NCBI GenBank assembly: GCA_965223255.1
Contig: CBDCWA010000004.1
Span: 1,611,514 to 1,675,513 of the forward strand
Reading direction: 5' to 3'
Length of the DNA: 64,000 nucleotides
DNA from: Hyphomicrobiaceae bacterium
Lineage (GTDB): Bacteria > Pseudomonadota > Alphaproteobacteria > Rhizobiales > Hyphomicrobiaceae
The position numbers and the translations under genes are program-made. Under the pieces are notes generated by a model that made no database searches, was not told the DNA's origin, and was given only the letters and a program-made list of their open reading frames with translations. The number at the start of each line of letters is the position of its first letter. Within the stretch, counting starts at the first letter, position 1. Positions 28,809 to 38,991 of the stretch are shown in pieces.

Positions 28809-30452
28809 ATGTCGGAGGGTGGGGACTTGAACCAAGAAGTACTGATCGTCGGGGCAGGACCTGTTGGCCTGACGCTGGCAATCGATCTGGCCAAACGTGG
28901 CGTCAAATCTGTTCTTGTCGAGATGAAGGACGCCCCCCAGTTCCTTCCCAAGATGGAACGCTGCAACGCTCGCACGATGGAGATCTACCGCAGGCTCGGG
29001 CTTGCCGATCAGATCAGGAGGGCAGGCCTGCCGGCGGACATCCCGATGGATGTCTATGTTATTCTCTCAATGAGCGAGCCACCACTACTGCGCCTTGCTT
29101 ATCCTTCCGTGAACGAAGCGCGGGCGACGATCAAAGCCACCAACGATGGTAGCGAGCCGCTTGAGCCCTATCAGCTCATCTCCCAATACACGTTGGAGCC
29201 GCTCCTGAAAGCCGTGGCCGAAGGCATGTCCAATATCGACGTGCGTTTCGGATGCGAGCTGTTGTCGTTGGAACAGGACGAGTTAGGCGTAAGTGCCAAA
29301 GTGAGAAATACCGATCGATCAACGGAAACGTTGAGAGCTCTCTATCTTGTCGGGTGTGACGGTGGCGCCAGCACGGTGCGCAAGGAACTCGACATTACGC
29401 TTCGCGGAGAGTTCAACATCCTTGAACTCTACCAAGCGCTTTATCGCTGCGACGAGCTATTCGAGAAGATACCCATTGGGAATGGCCCTGGACCCGGTCG
29501 GCACTATCACGTTGCCGATGGTCAAAGCACGTTTCTCATCATGCAGGATTCCACTCGGCATTTCACGCTCCACTCGGTGGTCGAACGGCCTGAGGACATG
29601 AAAGCCATGTTCGAGAAAACCGTTGGCATCCCAATAAAATACGAGATGTTAGCCTCAAATCCCTGGCGGCAAAATTTGGTCGTCGCGGATCGCTATCAGC
29701 TCGGCCGGGTATTCCTAGCGGGCGATGCCGTTCATCTTGTTATTCCCACCGGTGGACTTGGTATGAACACCGGAGTAGGCGATGCTATCGATCTCGGCTG
29801 GAAGCTTGCTGCCACCATAAAGGGCTGGGGAGGCCCCCGTCTACTCGCCTCGTATGAGGTCGAACGCCGCCAGATCGGCGATCGCAATGTGGGTGCATCT
29901 CGATATGCTTCGTTGGGACGGCGTAAGTGGCGCGGGCAGTGGCGGCCCGAGATCCGAGAGCGAACCCCGCAAGGCAAATGGGTGCGAGAGAACCTGACCC
30001 GTGTGGCTGACGTCGAACAACGTAAAACGAACGAAATGATCGGCGCTGAACTCGGATATCGGTATTTTGGATCGCCCATTATTTGGGATGAACCTGGGGG
30101 GCCTGAGACGCTATATCGCGTTTATGAGCCAACGACATGGCCGGGCGCACGCCTGCCGCATGTCTGGCTGAACGATGGCTCGGCATTGCAGGATAAGATC
30201 GCCTATGAAGGCTACACCATCTTAAAGCTAGGCGATGCCTCCCACGATATCGGCGGCCTAGCCGAGGCCGTGCGCGGCACCGGGGCCCACTGCGAAATCC
30301 AAGACATACCCGACGAGGTGGCGCGTGACATATATGGCTATGACTACATACTGCTACGGCCTGACATGCATGTCGCCTGGCGGGGCAATGCGCCGCCGGA
30401 GGACGCGGCGCATGTGGCAGGTGTTGTGACCGGACATCGACCATTGTTTTGA
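28809..30452 (+). CDS. FAD-dependent aromatic-ring monooxygenase (PheA/TfdB/MhpA-like)
   Basis: VLIVGAGPVGLTLAIDLAKRGVKSVLVE dinucleotide fold; GDAVH FAD motif; DG motif. Confidence 0.85.
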   Translation: MSEGGDLNQEVLIVGAGPVGLTLAIDLAKRGVKSVLVEMKDAPQFLPKMERCNARTMEIYRRLGLADQIRRAGLPADIPMDVYVILSMSEPPLLRLAYPSVNEARATIKATNDGSEPLEPYQLISQYTLEPLLKAVAEGMSNIDVRFGCELLSLEQDELGVSAKVRNTDRSTETLRALYLVGCDGGASTVRKELDITLRGEFNILELYQALYRCDELFEKIPIGNGPGPGRHYHVADGQSTFLIMQDSTRHFTLHSVVERPEDMKAMFEKTVGIPIKYEMLASNPWRQNLVVADRYQLGRVFLAGDAVHLVIPTGGLGMNTGVGDAIDLGWKLAATIKGWGGPRLLASYEVERRQIGDRNVGASRYASLGRRKWRGQWRPEIRERTPQGKWVRENLTRVADVEQRKTNEMIGAELGYRYFGSPIIWDEPGGPETLYRVYEPTTWPGARLPHVWLNDGSALQDKIAYEGYTILKLGDASHDIGGLAEAVRGTGAHCEIQDIPDEVARDIYGYDYILLRPDMHVAWRGNAPPEDAAHVAGVVTGHRPLF

Positions 30453-31131
30453 TGGTGTAGCGATGCCTCTTGGCTGCAGCATTATGAACACGTCGATTGC
30501 AATAAGAAATCGTGCGCCCGCCTAGCCCCGGAAGTTCAGACCGCTAACAGATTTGCGATGTTCACTCTCGGTCCTGGGTGTTACGAAACGCGCATACTGA
30601 TAACTCGGGCTACTTCATCCTCATTGCGAACGGCAACGACTTCACGGCCACAAAGCCTACAATCGAAGGCAAGGCTGGAGAGCGCTAGATCGCGCTCTGT
30701 TCTGCGATCCGGAGTTTTGTCCTAAATGACCAATCATGGCTTGGTCGCAGGGGCGGCTTCGGTCCGACAATCTTGCCTTTGCTCTTTGGCTCGCATCGAG
30801 CGGATTCTGGCCCAATTAGAATCTGATGGTTTTACGTACCATGTCTCGTTGTCTGAGAGACCGAGAAATTTGGCCTTCTGGCAGTTTATGCTCTTGAACT
30901 GATGGCTGTTTTTGAAAGTGCGGCTGCTGTTATGCACTCGCGATCCTGCTGGGACCACAAAGAGGGGAATATCAACTGGCCCTGTTCTATGCGAAACGGG
31001 ATAGAGACTTCATAAAGTCTCAAACTGGTTGCCGCATATAGGTAGAGAGACATAGCAACAATTATTTGCGAATTGTGCTCCTTGCGGCAACGAGTAGATT
31101 GCAAAGTTTGGAGTTACAAGCCTGCCCGCAC

Positions 31132-31207
31132 TGGCTGGGGAACCAGGAGTCGAACCTAGGCTGACGGAGTCAGAGTACTCTGCTCTAACCCTGTGTGCTA
31201 GTCGTTT
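31132..31207 (-). other. degenerate/chimeric tRNA-like element (tRNA 5' half fused to a different tRNA 3' end, encoded CCA)
   Basis: Minus strand reads AAACGACTAGCACACAGGGTTAGAGCA... matching the first about 27 nt of the tRNA at 32927-32999, then ...CCTAGGTTCGACTCCTGGTTCCCCAGCCA (canonical T-arm + acceptor + CCA). The 3' acceptor strand cannot pair with AAACGAC. Confidence 0.4.
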
Positions 31208-31221
31208 CGGAGAAGCCGAAG
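31197..31221. repeat. 25-bp direct repeat copy 1 (GCTAGTCGTTTCGGAGAAGCCGAAG)
   Basis: Identical to 32989-33013; covers tRNA 5' end plus 14 nt upstream; weaker similarity extends about 20 nt further. Confidence 0.85.
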
Positions 31222-31364
31222 AGCGTAGCATTTGTGGCGAGGCAAGCATCGGCGAGGCCAAAGAACTCGTTGCAGAAGGCATTCCTGTGGTGCCGCTCGC
31301 GCGCTTACCAGAAGATGAGAACTGGAACCGACGAGACAACCGCCTTTGCGCCTTTTGAACGTCC

Positions 31365-31400
31365 AAAAAAAATGGGGTTCGCACGTGGCGTGCGAACCCC
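31365..31400 (-). terminator. rho-independent terminator for the SPFH gene
   Basis: Minus strand: 12-bp perfect stem GGGGTTCGCACG/CGTGCGAACCCC, 3-nt loop, then T8. Confidence 0.65.
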
Positions 31401-31427
31401 AATATCCTGACCAACCAAGCGGCCGGA

Positions 31428-32573
31428 TCAATCGTCCTTGTTGGCGAGCCGGTAGAGGTTTTTCAGCATCGCATCGAAGCCGCCGGCCCCATCGCCGGTG
31501 TGCAGATCGATCCGCCCGACTTTTTCCACCAGCTTCTCCAGCGCCTCCAGCTCCTTCAGACGCAACAGCAATGGATTATCTTCCATCAGCCGTGACGTGT
31601 TCAGCAAAGAGCGTGTTGCCGCAGTCTCTTCCTGGCGCCGGATGAGGTTGGCCTTGGCGACGCGCTCAGCCTCGACGACCTTGTTCAGGAGCTCGCGCAC
31701 TTCACCCGGCAGTATCACATCCTTGATACCGATCTCTCCCACTTCGACACCAAGCTCAACGGCCCGCTTGGTGACATAGGCCCGGATTTCATTGTCGATC
31801 GCATCACGCGCTGCAAGAATGTCGTCCAGCGTGCGCGTCGCCACCGCCTCACGCACCGCGAACTGAACCAGCCGGTAGAGCGTGTTGAGTACGTCACTCG
31901 ATGCCAGCACAGACTTTTCCGGATCGACGATCTTGGTGAAGGCCGTCAACGTGACACGGATCGCAACCCGATCCTTGGTCAGGATTTCCTGTGCTGTGAC
32001 CTCCAGCGGCAACGGACGCAGATCGACCTTCTCGATCCGAACCTTGCGCCCGATTGCCCAGAACGCATGTTGACCTGGCTTCAACCGTTCGACCAGATCG
32101 CCATCGATGAACAACAGACCCGCCTCGTATGCTTGCACCACATCATGCACAACATGCGGCACACGCTGGAGATCCAGCTTGTCGAGATGGCTTTTGGCCA
32201 CCCGCATGTTCTCGTCGGTGTTGATCCGCTCGACATCGACGTCATTGAGCGTCTTCCAAAACGCCCGCGTCGTATTTGCCATCACCACATGCGTCGGCGC
32301 CCCATCTATCGAGACGATCGCAACCTCGCCGGGACCAACCTGGACGATCTCGAAATTCTCTGCGGCAAGCGCCGGATGCGTCTTGGCAAGCAACATTGCC
32401 CGCTCGCTCGCGATCTCGGCCTGCGCCACCTTCAAGACCTCCACCGAATACCGGCGAAAAGGATCGAAAGCGGTAAAGCGGCCCGGCATGAGCAGCCGCA
32501 CCAATCGGCCGTCGCGAGACAGAAAAGCACGCTCATCGTCGCGAACAACCACGCAGAATTGTGACAACCGCAT
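31428..32573 (-). CDS. SPFH/band-7 (stomatin/HflK-like) domain protein
   Basis: 381 aa; central SPFH-like region followed by long coiled-coil/Glu-Ala-rich segment. Confidence 0.75.
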   Translation of the reverse strand: MRLSQFCVVVRDDERAFLSRDGRLVRLLMPGRFTAFDPFRRYSVEVLKVAQAEIASERAMLLAKTHPALAAENFEIVQVGPGEVAIVSIDGAPTHVVMANTTRAFWKTLNDVDVERINTDENMRVAKSHLDKLDLQRVPHVVHDVVQAYEAGLLFIDGDLVERLKPGQHAFWAIGRKVRIEKVDLRPLPLEVTAQEILTKDRVAIRVTLTAFTKIVDPEKSVLASSDVLNTLYRLVQFAVREAVATRTLDDILAARDAIDNEIRAYVTKRAVELGVEVGEIGIKDVILPGEVRELLNKVVEAERVAKANLIRRQEETAATRSLLNTSRLMEDNPLLLRLKELEALEKLVEKVGRIDLHTGDGAGGFDAMLKNLYRLANKDD

Positions 32574-32926
32574 TTTATTTCACTCCCATTCATACGCCTG
32601 CGCAGCTGGCAGAACATACAAACTCAATTCAATTGGGGTCCACCGACCGCCTACCCATAAGGAGCCGTGGATCCGGATTTAAGCCCCGCAGCGCCATCCC
32701 CTGGCCCTGGTTGCGTCCATCCAGACCGAAGTCTGCCATGCCGGTGCCAGGACCGCGGATTTTGCCGCACAGGCGGTATCCATCCGGATACAAAACGTCT
32801 CAATATGTGCCCGTGTTGCTTTGCCCGCCGCCGAAGCTTTGGGGGCCACAAAACGGGCTGGCAGACAGCCGGCTTTCCCCTTGGATAGGCTCTCGCCTCA
32901 CTAGCAGTGTGCTTAACAGGCACGTG

Positions 32927-32999
32927 CAAACGACGTGGGAGTTGAACCCACGACCGCAGGATTAGTAGTCCTGTGCTCTACCCTCTGAGCTAGTCGTTT
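32927..32999 (-). tRNA. tRNA gene candidate (73 nt, no encoded CCA) with non-standard anticodon loop CUACUAA
   Basis: Hand-folded cloverleaf. Acceptor AAACGAC/GTCGTTT. D-stem GCTC/GAGC. Anticodon stem CAGGA/TCCTG. 5-nt variable loop. T-stem GTGGG/CCCAC with TTCAACT loop. Anticodon positions read ACU, or CUA if the loop is shifted. Confidence 0.5.
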
Positions 33000-33013
33000 C
33001 GGAGAAGCCGAAG
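32989..33013. repeat. 25-bp direct repeat copy 2
   Basis: Identical to 31197-31221. Confidence 0.85.
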
Positions 33014-33412
33014 GGATTCGAACCCTCCCAACCGTTCCCGGTCAGCAGCCAGCTTAGCCTCGACCCCAAAAAACGCGGAACACGGATGAGCGCCGCAAAG
33101 CGGCCCGCGCCAGCCGGGTCTCAGCGAGCCCGGACACATGGCGTCCCTCAGGGCCGGGTGATCTAGCCAAAGATTCTGGCGTGATGACAGCGATTATTGG
33201 AAGAAAGTTTAACTTTGTGAAAATCGCCATCGCAATTGCGCCACAATTGGTGAGCACCGCGCCGAAGAACGTTCGATGCCAGCACTTTGAAAAAGATCAT
33301 TGACAGCGAGATGTACACACCCTATTAGTTTGGTTATCAAACTATATTGCAAACGCTAATCACACCAGCGCAAGTGTGCTGGGGCTAAGTCCCCATCGAG
33401 GGTTCCCAAGTT

Positions 33413-33946
33413 ATGGCGAAGTCAGGGCCCGATAGCATCGCTACAGCAGTGTCAGCCGAACAACGTGCCGACTCGCTTGGCCCAGGCGGGATCGACTATG
33501 ATGAACTGCCGACCTATCTCGGATATCTCATACGCCGCGCCCACTCGCACATCCAAACAGAATTCGAAAGCGATCTCGCCTATGTCGGCATGGCGACCAG
33601 CGCATTTGGTATCCTTACACTCATTCGCGCCAACCCCGGCATTACAGCAAATCAATTGGCGCAAGCCTCCCGTCTCGACAAATCAACCTTGAGCCCAATG
33701 ATCGTGAACCTCGAAACCGCCGGCCTCATAACGCGAAAACAGCGCACCTCTGACCGCCGCTATCAATCCCTGTTCCTCGCGAAAGGTGCCGAAGCCAGTT
33801 ATATGCGCTATCGCGATAAGATCCGCACATTTGAAAGAAAAGTTGCAAACCGCTTGACGCAAGGCGAACAATCGCAGCTCGCGAAACTCCTCACAAAACT
33901 GCAGGGATTAGAGACTCCCGCACCCGATCACCAGGAGGACATATAG
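33413..33946 (+). CDS. MarR-family transcriptional regulator
   Basis: Winged-HTH pattern ...ITANQLAQASRLDKSTLSPMIVNLETAGLITRKQRTSDRR. Confidence 0.85.
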   Translation: MAKSGPDSIATAVSAEQRADSLGPGGIDYDELPTYLGYLIRRAHSHIQTEFESDLAYVGMATSAFGILTLIRANPGITANQLAQASRLDKSTLSPMIVNLETAGLITRKQRTSDRRYQSLFLAKGAEASYMRYRDKIRTFERKVANRLTQGEQSQLAKLLTKLQGLETPAPDHQEDI

Positions 33947-33950
33947 GCCC

Positions 33951-34823
33951 ATGGACCCCAATTGGATCCCCTTCCACCCAAACCCCTCGAAGCCAAAATT
34001 CAGGGTCCCGGCCGGTGCCGTCGACGCGCATTGTCACGTGTTCGGTCCCGCCGATATTTTCCCCTACGCACCAGAGCGCAAATACACACCGTGCGATGCG
34101 CCAAAAGAGAAGTTATTCGAATTGCGCGACTATTTGGGCTTCGAAAGAAATGTCATCGTTCAAGCGAGCTGCCACAGCAAAGACAATCGCGCACTGGTCG
34201 ATGCCCTGGAAAATTCCGATGGCAAGGCACGCGGAGTCGCCTTTATCGGTGAAGAGGTCAGCGATGACGAACTCAAGTGGATGCACGATGCCGGCGTACG
34301 CGGCATCCGCTTCAACTTTCTCAAACGCCTTGTCGACATCACACCGAGCGACGTGTTGGAGCGCATTGCCGCCCGCGTAATTCCACTCGGCTGGCATATC
34401 GTGATCTACTTTGAAATGCCCGATTTGCCGGAATTCGAGGACTTCTTCAAATCTTTGAAGACAACGGTTGTTGTCGACCATATGGGGACACCCGACATTA
34501 CAAAAGGTGTCGACCATCCAGAAAATCAGCGATTTCACAAACTGATGGAAACCCATACCAACTTCTGGGTGAAGGCAACCTGTCCCGAACGGCTGACTCG
34601 CGCCGGAGCACCCTACGACGACGTCGTCCCCTTCGGCCGCGCGTTGGTTGAGAAATTTCCCGATCGTGTGATCTGGGGCACTGATTGGCCCCACCCGAAT
34701 ATGAAAGTCGAAGCACCCAACGATGGCGAGCTCGTAGACTTCATCGAAAAGATTGCGCCAACACCGGAGCAGCAGCAGAAGCTCCTGGTCGACAACCCGA
34801 TGCGCCTATATTGGGCGGATTGA
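33951..34823 (+). CDS. ligI: 2-pyrone-4,6-dicarboxylate lactonase (amidohydrolase-2 family)
   Basis: AVDAHCHVFGP, GVRGIRFN, VVVDHMG, GTDWPHP blocks and about 290-aa length resemble LigI; sits directly upstream of ligAB. Confidence 0.8.
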   Translation: MDPNWIPFHPNPSKPKFRVPAGAVDAHCHVFGPADIFPYAPERKYTPCDAPKEKLFELRDYLGFERNVIVQASCHSKDNRALVDALENSDGKARGVAFIGEEVSDDELKWMHDAGVRGIRFNFLKRLVDITPSDVLERIAARVIPLGWHIVIYFEMPDLPEFEDFFKSLKTTVVVDHMGTPDITKGVDHPENQRFHKLMETHTNFWVKATCPERLTRAGAPYDDVVPFGRALVEKFPDRVIWGTDWPHPNMKVEAPNDGELVDFIEKIAPTPEQQQKLLVDNPMRLYWAD

Positions 34824-34866
34824 TACCCGCTCTCAGGCCCAACCAAAAAACCAAAGGAGGTGGAGT

Positions 34867-36103
<1,237 letters not shown>

Positions 36104-36137
36104 GCACAATTTACGATCCCAATTTAGGAGGACGACG

Positions 36138-37094
36138 ATGAAAATCTGCGTGGCCGGTCAAGGGGCCTTTGGACAAAAGCATCTCGATGCGCTGGCCCGC
36201 ATCGATGAAGCCGAGGTAACATCACTTGTCGGCGGCAATCAGGATGCAACGGCGGAGGTGGCAAAAAAGTATGGCATCCCGCATTACACCGGCGATTTGT
36301 CGGAAGGCATCGCCCGCGCCGACGCCGTTATCTTGACCACACCGACGAAGATGCACCATTCGCAAGCTGTGCAAGTCATGCAGGCTGGCAAACATGTGTT
36401 GGTCGAAATCCCCGTTACAGATAGCGTCGCAGACGCTGAAGACCTGGTCAAGGTTCAGCAGCAAACCGGCGTTGTCGCAATGGGCGGACACGTTCGCCGC
36501 TTCAATCCGAGCCATCAATATGTGCACAAGAAGATAAAGGCAGGTGAGCTCAAAGTTCAGCAAATGGACGTGCAGACCTACTTCTTCCGCCGTAAGAACA
36601 TCAACGCCGCCGGCAATCCACGCAGCTGGACCGACCACCTTTTGTGGCATCACGCTGCCCACACCATTGACCTGTTTCAATATCAGGCCGGTGAAGAAAT
36701 TTCTGATTGCTATGCCGTCCAAGGCCCCATCCATCCAGAACTCAACATCGCAATGGACATGGGAATTGTCTGCAAGACGCCATCGGGTCCGATGTTGACA
36801 CTCTCGCTATCGTTCAACAACGACGGACCGCTCGGATCGTTCTTCCGTTACATCTGTGACAACGGCACCTACAAGGCCTATTACGACGACTTGAGCGATG
36901 GCAAAGACAACGTCATCGATCTTTCAGGAGTTGACGTCTCGATGGACGGTATTGAACTCGAAGATCGGGAGTTTATTGCAGCCATCAAGGAGAACCGGGA
37001 GCCGAACGCCAGCCTGAAACAGGTCCTCTCCTGCATGCATGTATTGGGTAAGCTGGAACAAATTATCGATCCCGAACGCAAGGCGCATGCCTAA
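36138..37094 (+). CDS. ligC: 4-carboxy-2-hydroxymuconate-6-semialdehyde dehydrogenase (Gfo/Idh/MocA fold)
   Basis: ATG 36138 with GGAGGA RBS; MKICVAGQGAFGQKHLDAL..., GHVRRFNPSHQYVHKKIKAGEL, QQMDVQTYFFRRKN, SFFRYICDNGTY match LigC as recalled. Confidence 0.85.
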   Translation: MKICVAGQGAFGQKHLDALARIDEAEVTSLVGGNQDATAEVAKKYGIPHYTGDLSEGIARADAVILTTPTKMHHSQAVQVMQAGKHVLVEIPVTDSVADAEDLVKVQQQTGVVAMGGHVRRFNPSHQYVHKKIKAGELKVQQMDVQTYFFRRKNINAAGNPRSWTDHLLWHHAAHTIDLFQYQAGEEISDCYAVQGPIHPELNIAMDMGIVCKTPSGPMLTLSLSFNNDGPLGSFFRYICDNGTYKAYYDDLSDGKDNVIDLSGVDVSMDGIELEDREFIAAIKENREPNASLKQVLSCMHVLGKLEQIIDPERKAHA

Positions 37095-37184
37095 TCGCAC
37101 CCAGCAGCAAGCCATCGGCAGCACAAAAGTAAAAATAACGGCGAGTGTGCAGGAATTCGATCCTGCAACTCGCCGTTACTCAAG

Positions 37185-37232
37185 CCTGGTCTATCCACCA
37201 GCGCGGATCGCCGCGCTGGTGGATAGACCAGG
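37185..37232. repeat. 48-bp perfect palindrome (22-bp arms around ATCG)
   Basis: CCTGGTCTATCCACCAGCGCGG ATCG CCGCGCTGGTGGATAGACCAGG; preceded at 37141-37173 by an imperfect hairpin GCGAGTGTGCAGGAATTCGATCCTGCAACTCGC; no flanking T-tract. Confidence 0.85.
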
Positions 37233-37314
37233 CTGGCTAGCAAACGCATGACCTGTTGCCAGCATGCGATCATCTAGCACTATGATTATTACAAAAGTCC
37301 AAAGAAACTTATGG

Positions 37315-38079
37315 TTAACGCTGCGCACCGCATAGCCAGGCCGGTAGAAACTGCTGCAACCACCTACGAACATTCGCCGAATGTGCCAGATGCTGGGTGA
37401 AATGGTCGTCCCGGCCCTTGGCCCCAGGATAGCTCAGCGGTTCTTGATTGCGGCTCCACCGGTTAATCATCATGTAAGTTATCTCCGGGTGAAACTGCAA
37501 TCCGATGGCGCTTTCCCCAAATCTAAATGCCTGATTGGGAAATGGCCCATCAGATACCGCAAGCGGCGTAGAATGGGCCGGCAGATCAAAGCCTTCCTTA
37601 TGCCAGTGATAAACTTCACCGGGCCAACCTTCACACAACGCCTGCCCATCGTTGGTGGCGATCAAGGGGTAATAACCCCGCTCGACGAAACCATCTGGAT
37701 GCAGACTGACCTCAGCCCCTAACAGCCCGGCCAGCATTTGGCCACCAAGGCATACGCCAAGATAAGGCGTCTTGGCATCAATCAGCTTTCCGATCCACTT
37801 AGTCTCGGCGACTATGAAATCCGAGCGATCATTGGCACTATCCGGCCCGCCAAATATAATCCCACCGGCATAGGATTGCACATCATCGGGCAGCGTATCA
37901 CCAAACTTTGGCCTGCGAATATCCAGGTCATATCCCGCTTCGACAAGACACTGGCCAATCGCGCCAGTAGAGCCAGGATTGCGATGCAGTACGATAGCGA
38001 TCGTACCTCGCCGATGCACAGGCACCGGCACCGTGCTCATCGCGCCCGCATCATCGAGCTTCATGCGCTCATCATCCAT
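37315..38079 (-). CDS. class I glutamine amidotransferase-like protein
   Basis: GATase1 catalytic triad context (LGVCLGGQ Cys; HWH); start set to an internal Met (38079 or 38064) because the long ORF overlaps the upstream SDR gene by 95 nt. Confidence 0.7.
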   Translation of the reverse strand: MDDERMKLDDAGAMSTVPVPVHRRGTIAIVLHRNPGSTGAIGQCLVEAGYDLDIRRPKFGDTLPDDVQSYAGGIIFGGPDSANDRSDFIVAETKWIGKLIDAKTPYLGVCLGGQMLAGLLGAEVSLHPDGFVERGYYPLIATNDGQALCEGWPGEVYHWHKEGFDLPAHSTPLAVSDGPFPNQAFRFGESAIGLQFHPEITYMMINRWSRNQEPLSYPGAKGRDDHFTQHLAHSANVRRWLQQFLPAWLCGAQR

Positions 38080-38902
38080 TATTATCTCTAGACTTATTGC
38101 GATGTGGGCCCAGCAGAAAACCCACGATCGGCGCCAAAAGAATATTGGGCACGATACGCGAGACAACCGCTATTGCAAAACTGATCGGATCTGGAAATAT
38201 TACCGTCACACGATACTTGAAGCCGATGCGGGCGATGCGAGCAACCCACCCGGCTGACATATGCGGCAACAGCCAGCGATAACGCGCACTTCCAGCGCCC
38301 ATCTTCGCATGAAATCGAGTCTCGACCGGCCCCGGAGCGACCACCGACACCCTGACACCGCTCCCCCACACCTCCTGGTTTATCGCCTTGGTAAATGAGA
38401 TCAAGAACGCCTTGCTGGCATAGTATAGGGCTTGCCCCGGCCCCGGAACGTAGCCACCAAGCGACGCCATGTTGAGAACGCCACCCTCACCCCGCCGGCA
38501 CATGTCGGGCAGAAAAACCCGTGTCAATTGGGCAGGGACATCGACATTCAGCGCGATGATTTCAGCGACAGAATCAGCATCCTGGTGACTAAAAAGGCCG
38601 CTGTAACCGACACCGGCATTGTTCACAAGCACATCGCAATAAAGTTGGTGCGTTGCCAGGAAACGTTGAACACGCCCGCCAGCGTCTTCCTCCGTCAGAT
38701 CCATAGCCACAACATGAAACATTCTGTCATCACGCTGTGCCAAGTCCTGCTTCAAGGTCGCCAGAGCATCGCTTCTTCGCGCGATCAACACCAGGGCCCT
38801 CTTGTCTGCGCGCGCAAATTGCCGGGCGAGTTCCCGGCCAATCCCATCATTTGCGCCTGTAATCACGATGGCTGGCTGCAACTCCACACCGATATCCCTC
38901 AA
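38072..38902 (-). CDS. SDR-family short-chain dehydrogenase/reductase
   Basis: VITGANDGIGRELA (TGxxxGxG), NNAG, YxxxK (YYASKAF). Confidence 0.85.
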   Translation of the reverse strand: MRDIGVELQPAIVITGANDGIGRELARQFARADKRALVLIARRSDALATLKQDLAQRDDRMFHVVAMDLTEEDAGGRVQRFLATHQLYCDVLVNNAGVGYSGLFSHQDADSVAEIIALNVDVPAQLTRVFLPDMCRRGEGGVLNMASLGGYVPGPGQALYYASKAFLISFTKAINQEVWGSGVRVSVVAPGPVETRFHAKMGAGSARYRWLLPHMSAGWVARIARIGFKYRVTVIFPDPISFAIAVVSRIVPNILLAPIVGFLLGPHRNKSRDNNG

Positions 38903-38991
38903 CTGTTATAAATCCCTGTGACAGTCGTGTTAGTACTTGCCACTGACACCCTAGAATGGCTCAAGGCCGGTTGGAATGGAGACCATTAAAT

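Noticed and set aside
31132-31207. Second intact tRNA gene
   Set aside because: The 5' acceptor strand (AAACGAC) cannot pair with the 3' strand (TTCCCCAG). The D and anticodon arms do not fold. Treated as a chimeric or pseudo tRNA instead.
32067-32965. Several plus-strand ORFs, up to 191 aa
   Set aside because: They are antisense to or overlap the SPFH gene. They are Arg/Pro-rich with no motifs.
33011-33045. Another minus-strand tRNA upstream of the tRNA at 32927-32999 (T-arm-like GGGTTCGAATCCC)
   Set aside because: I could not find a matching 5' acceptor strand or body upstream. It is likely a tRNA-derived fragment, but too incomplete to call.
38094-38369. 91-aa ORF and other small ORFs overlapping the SDR gene
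   Set aside because: They are embedded within the strongly supported SDR coding region.
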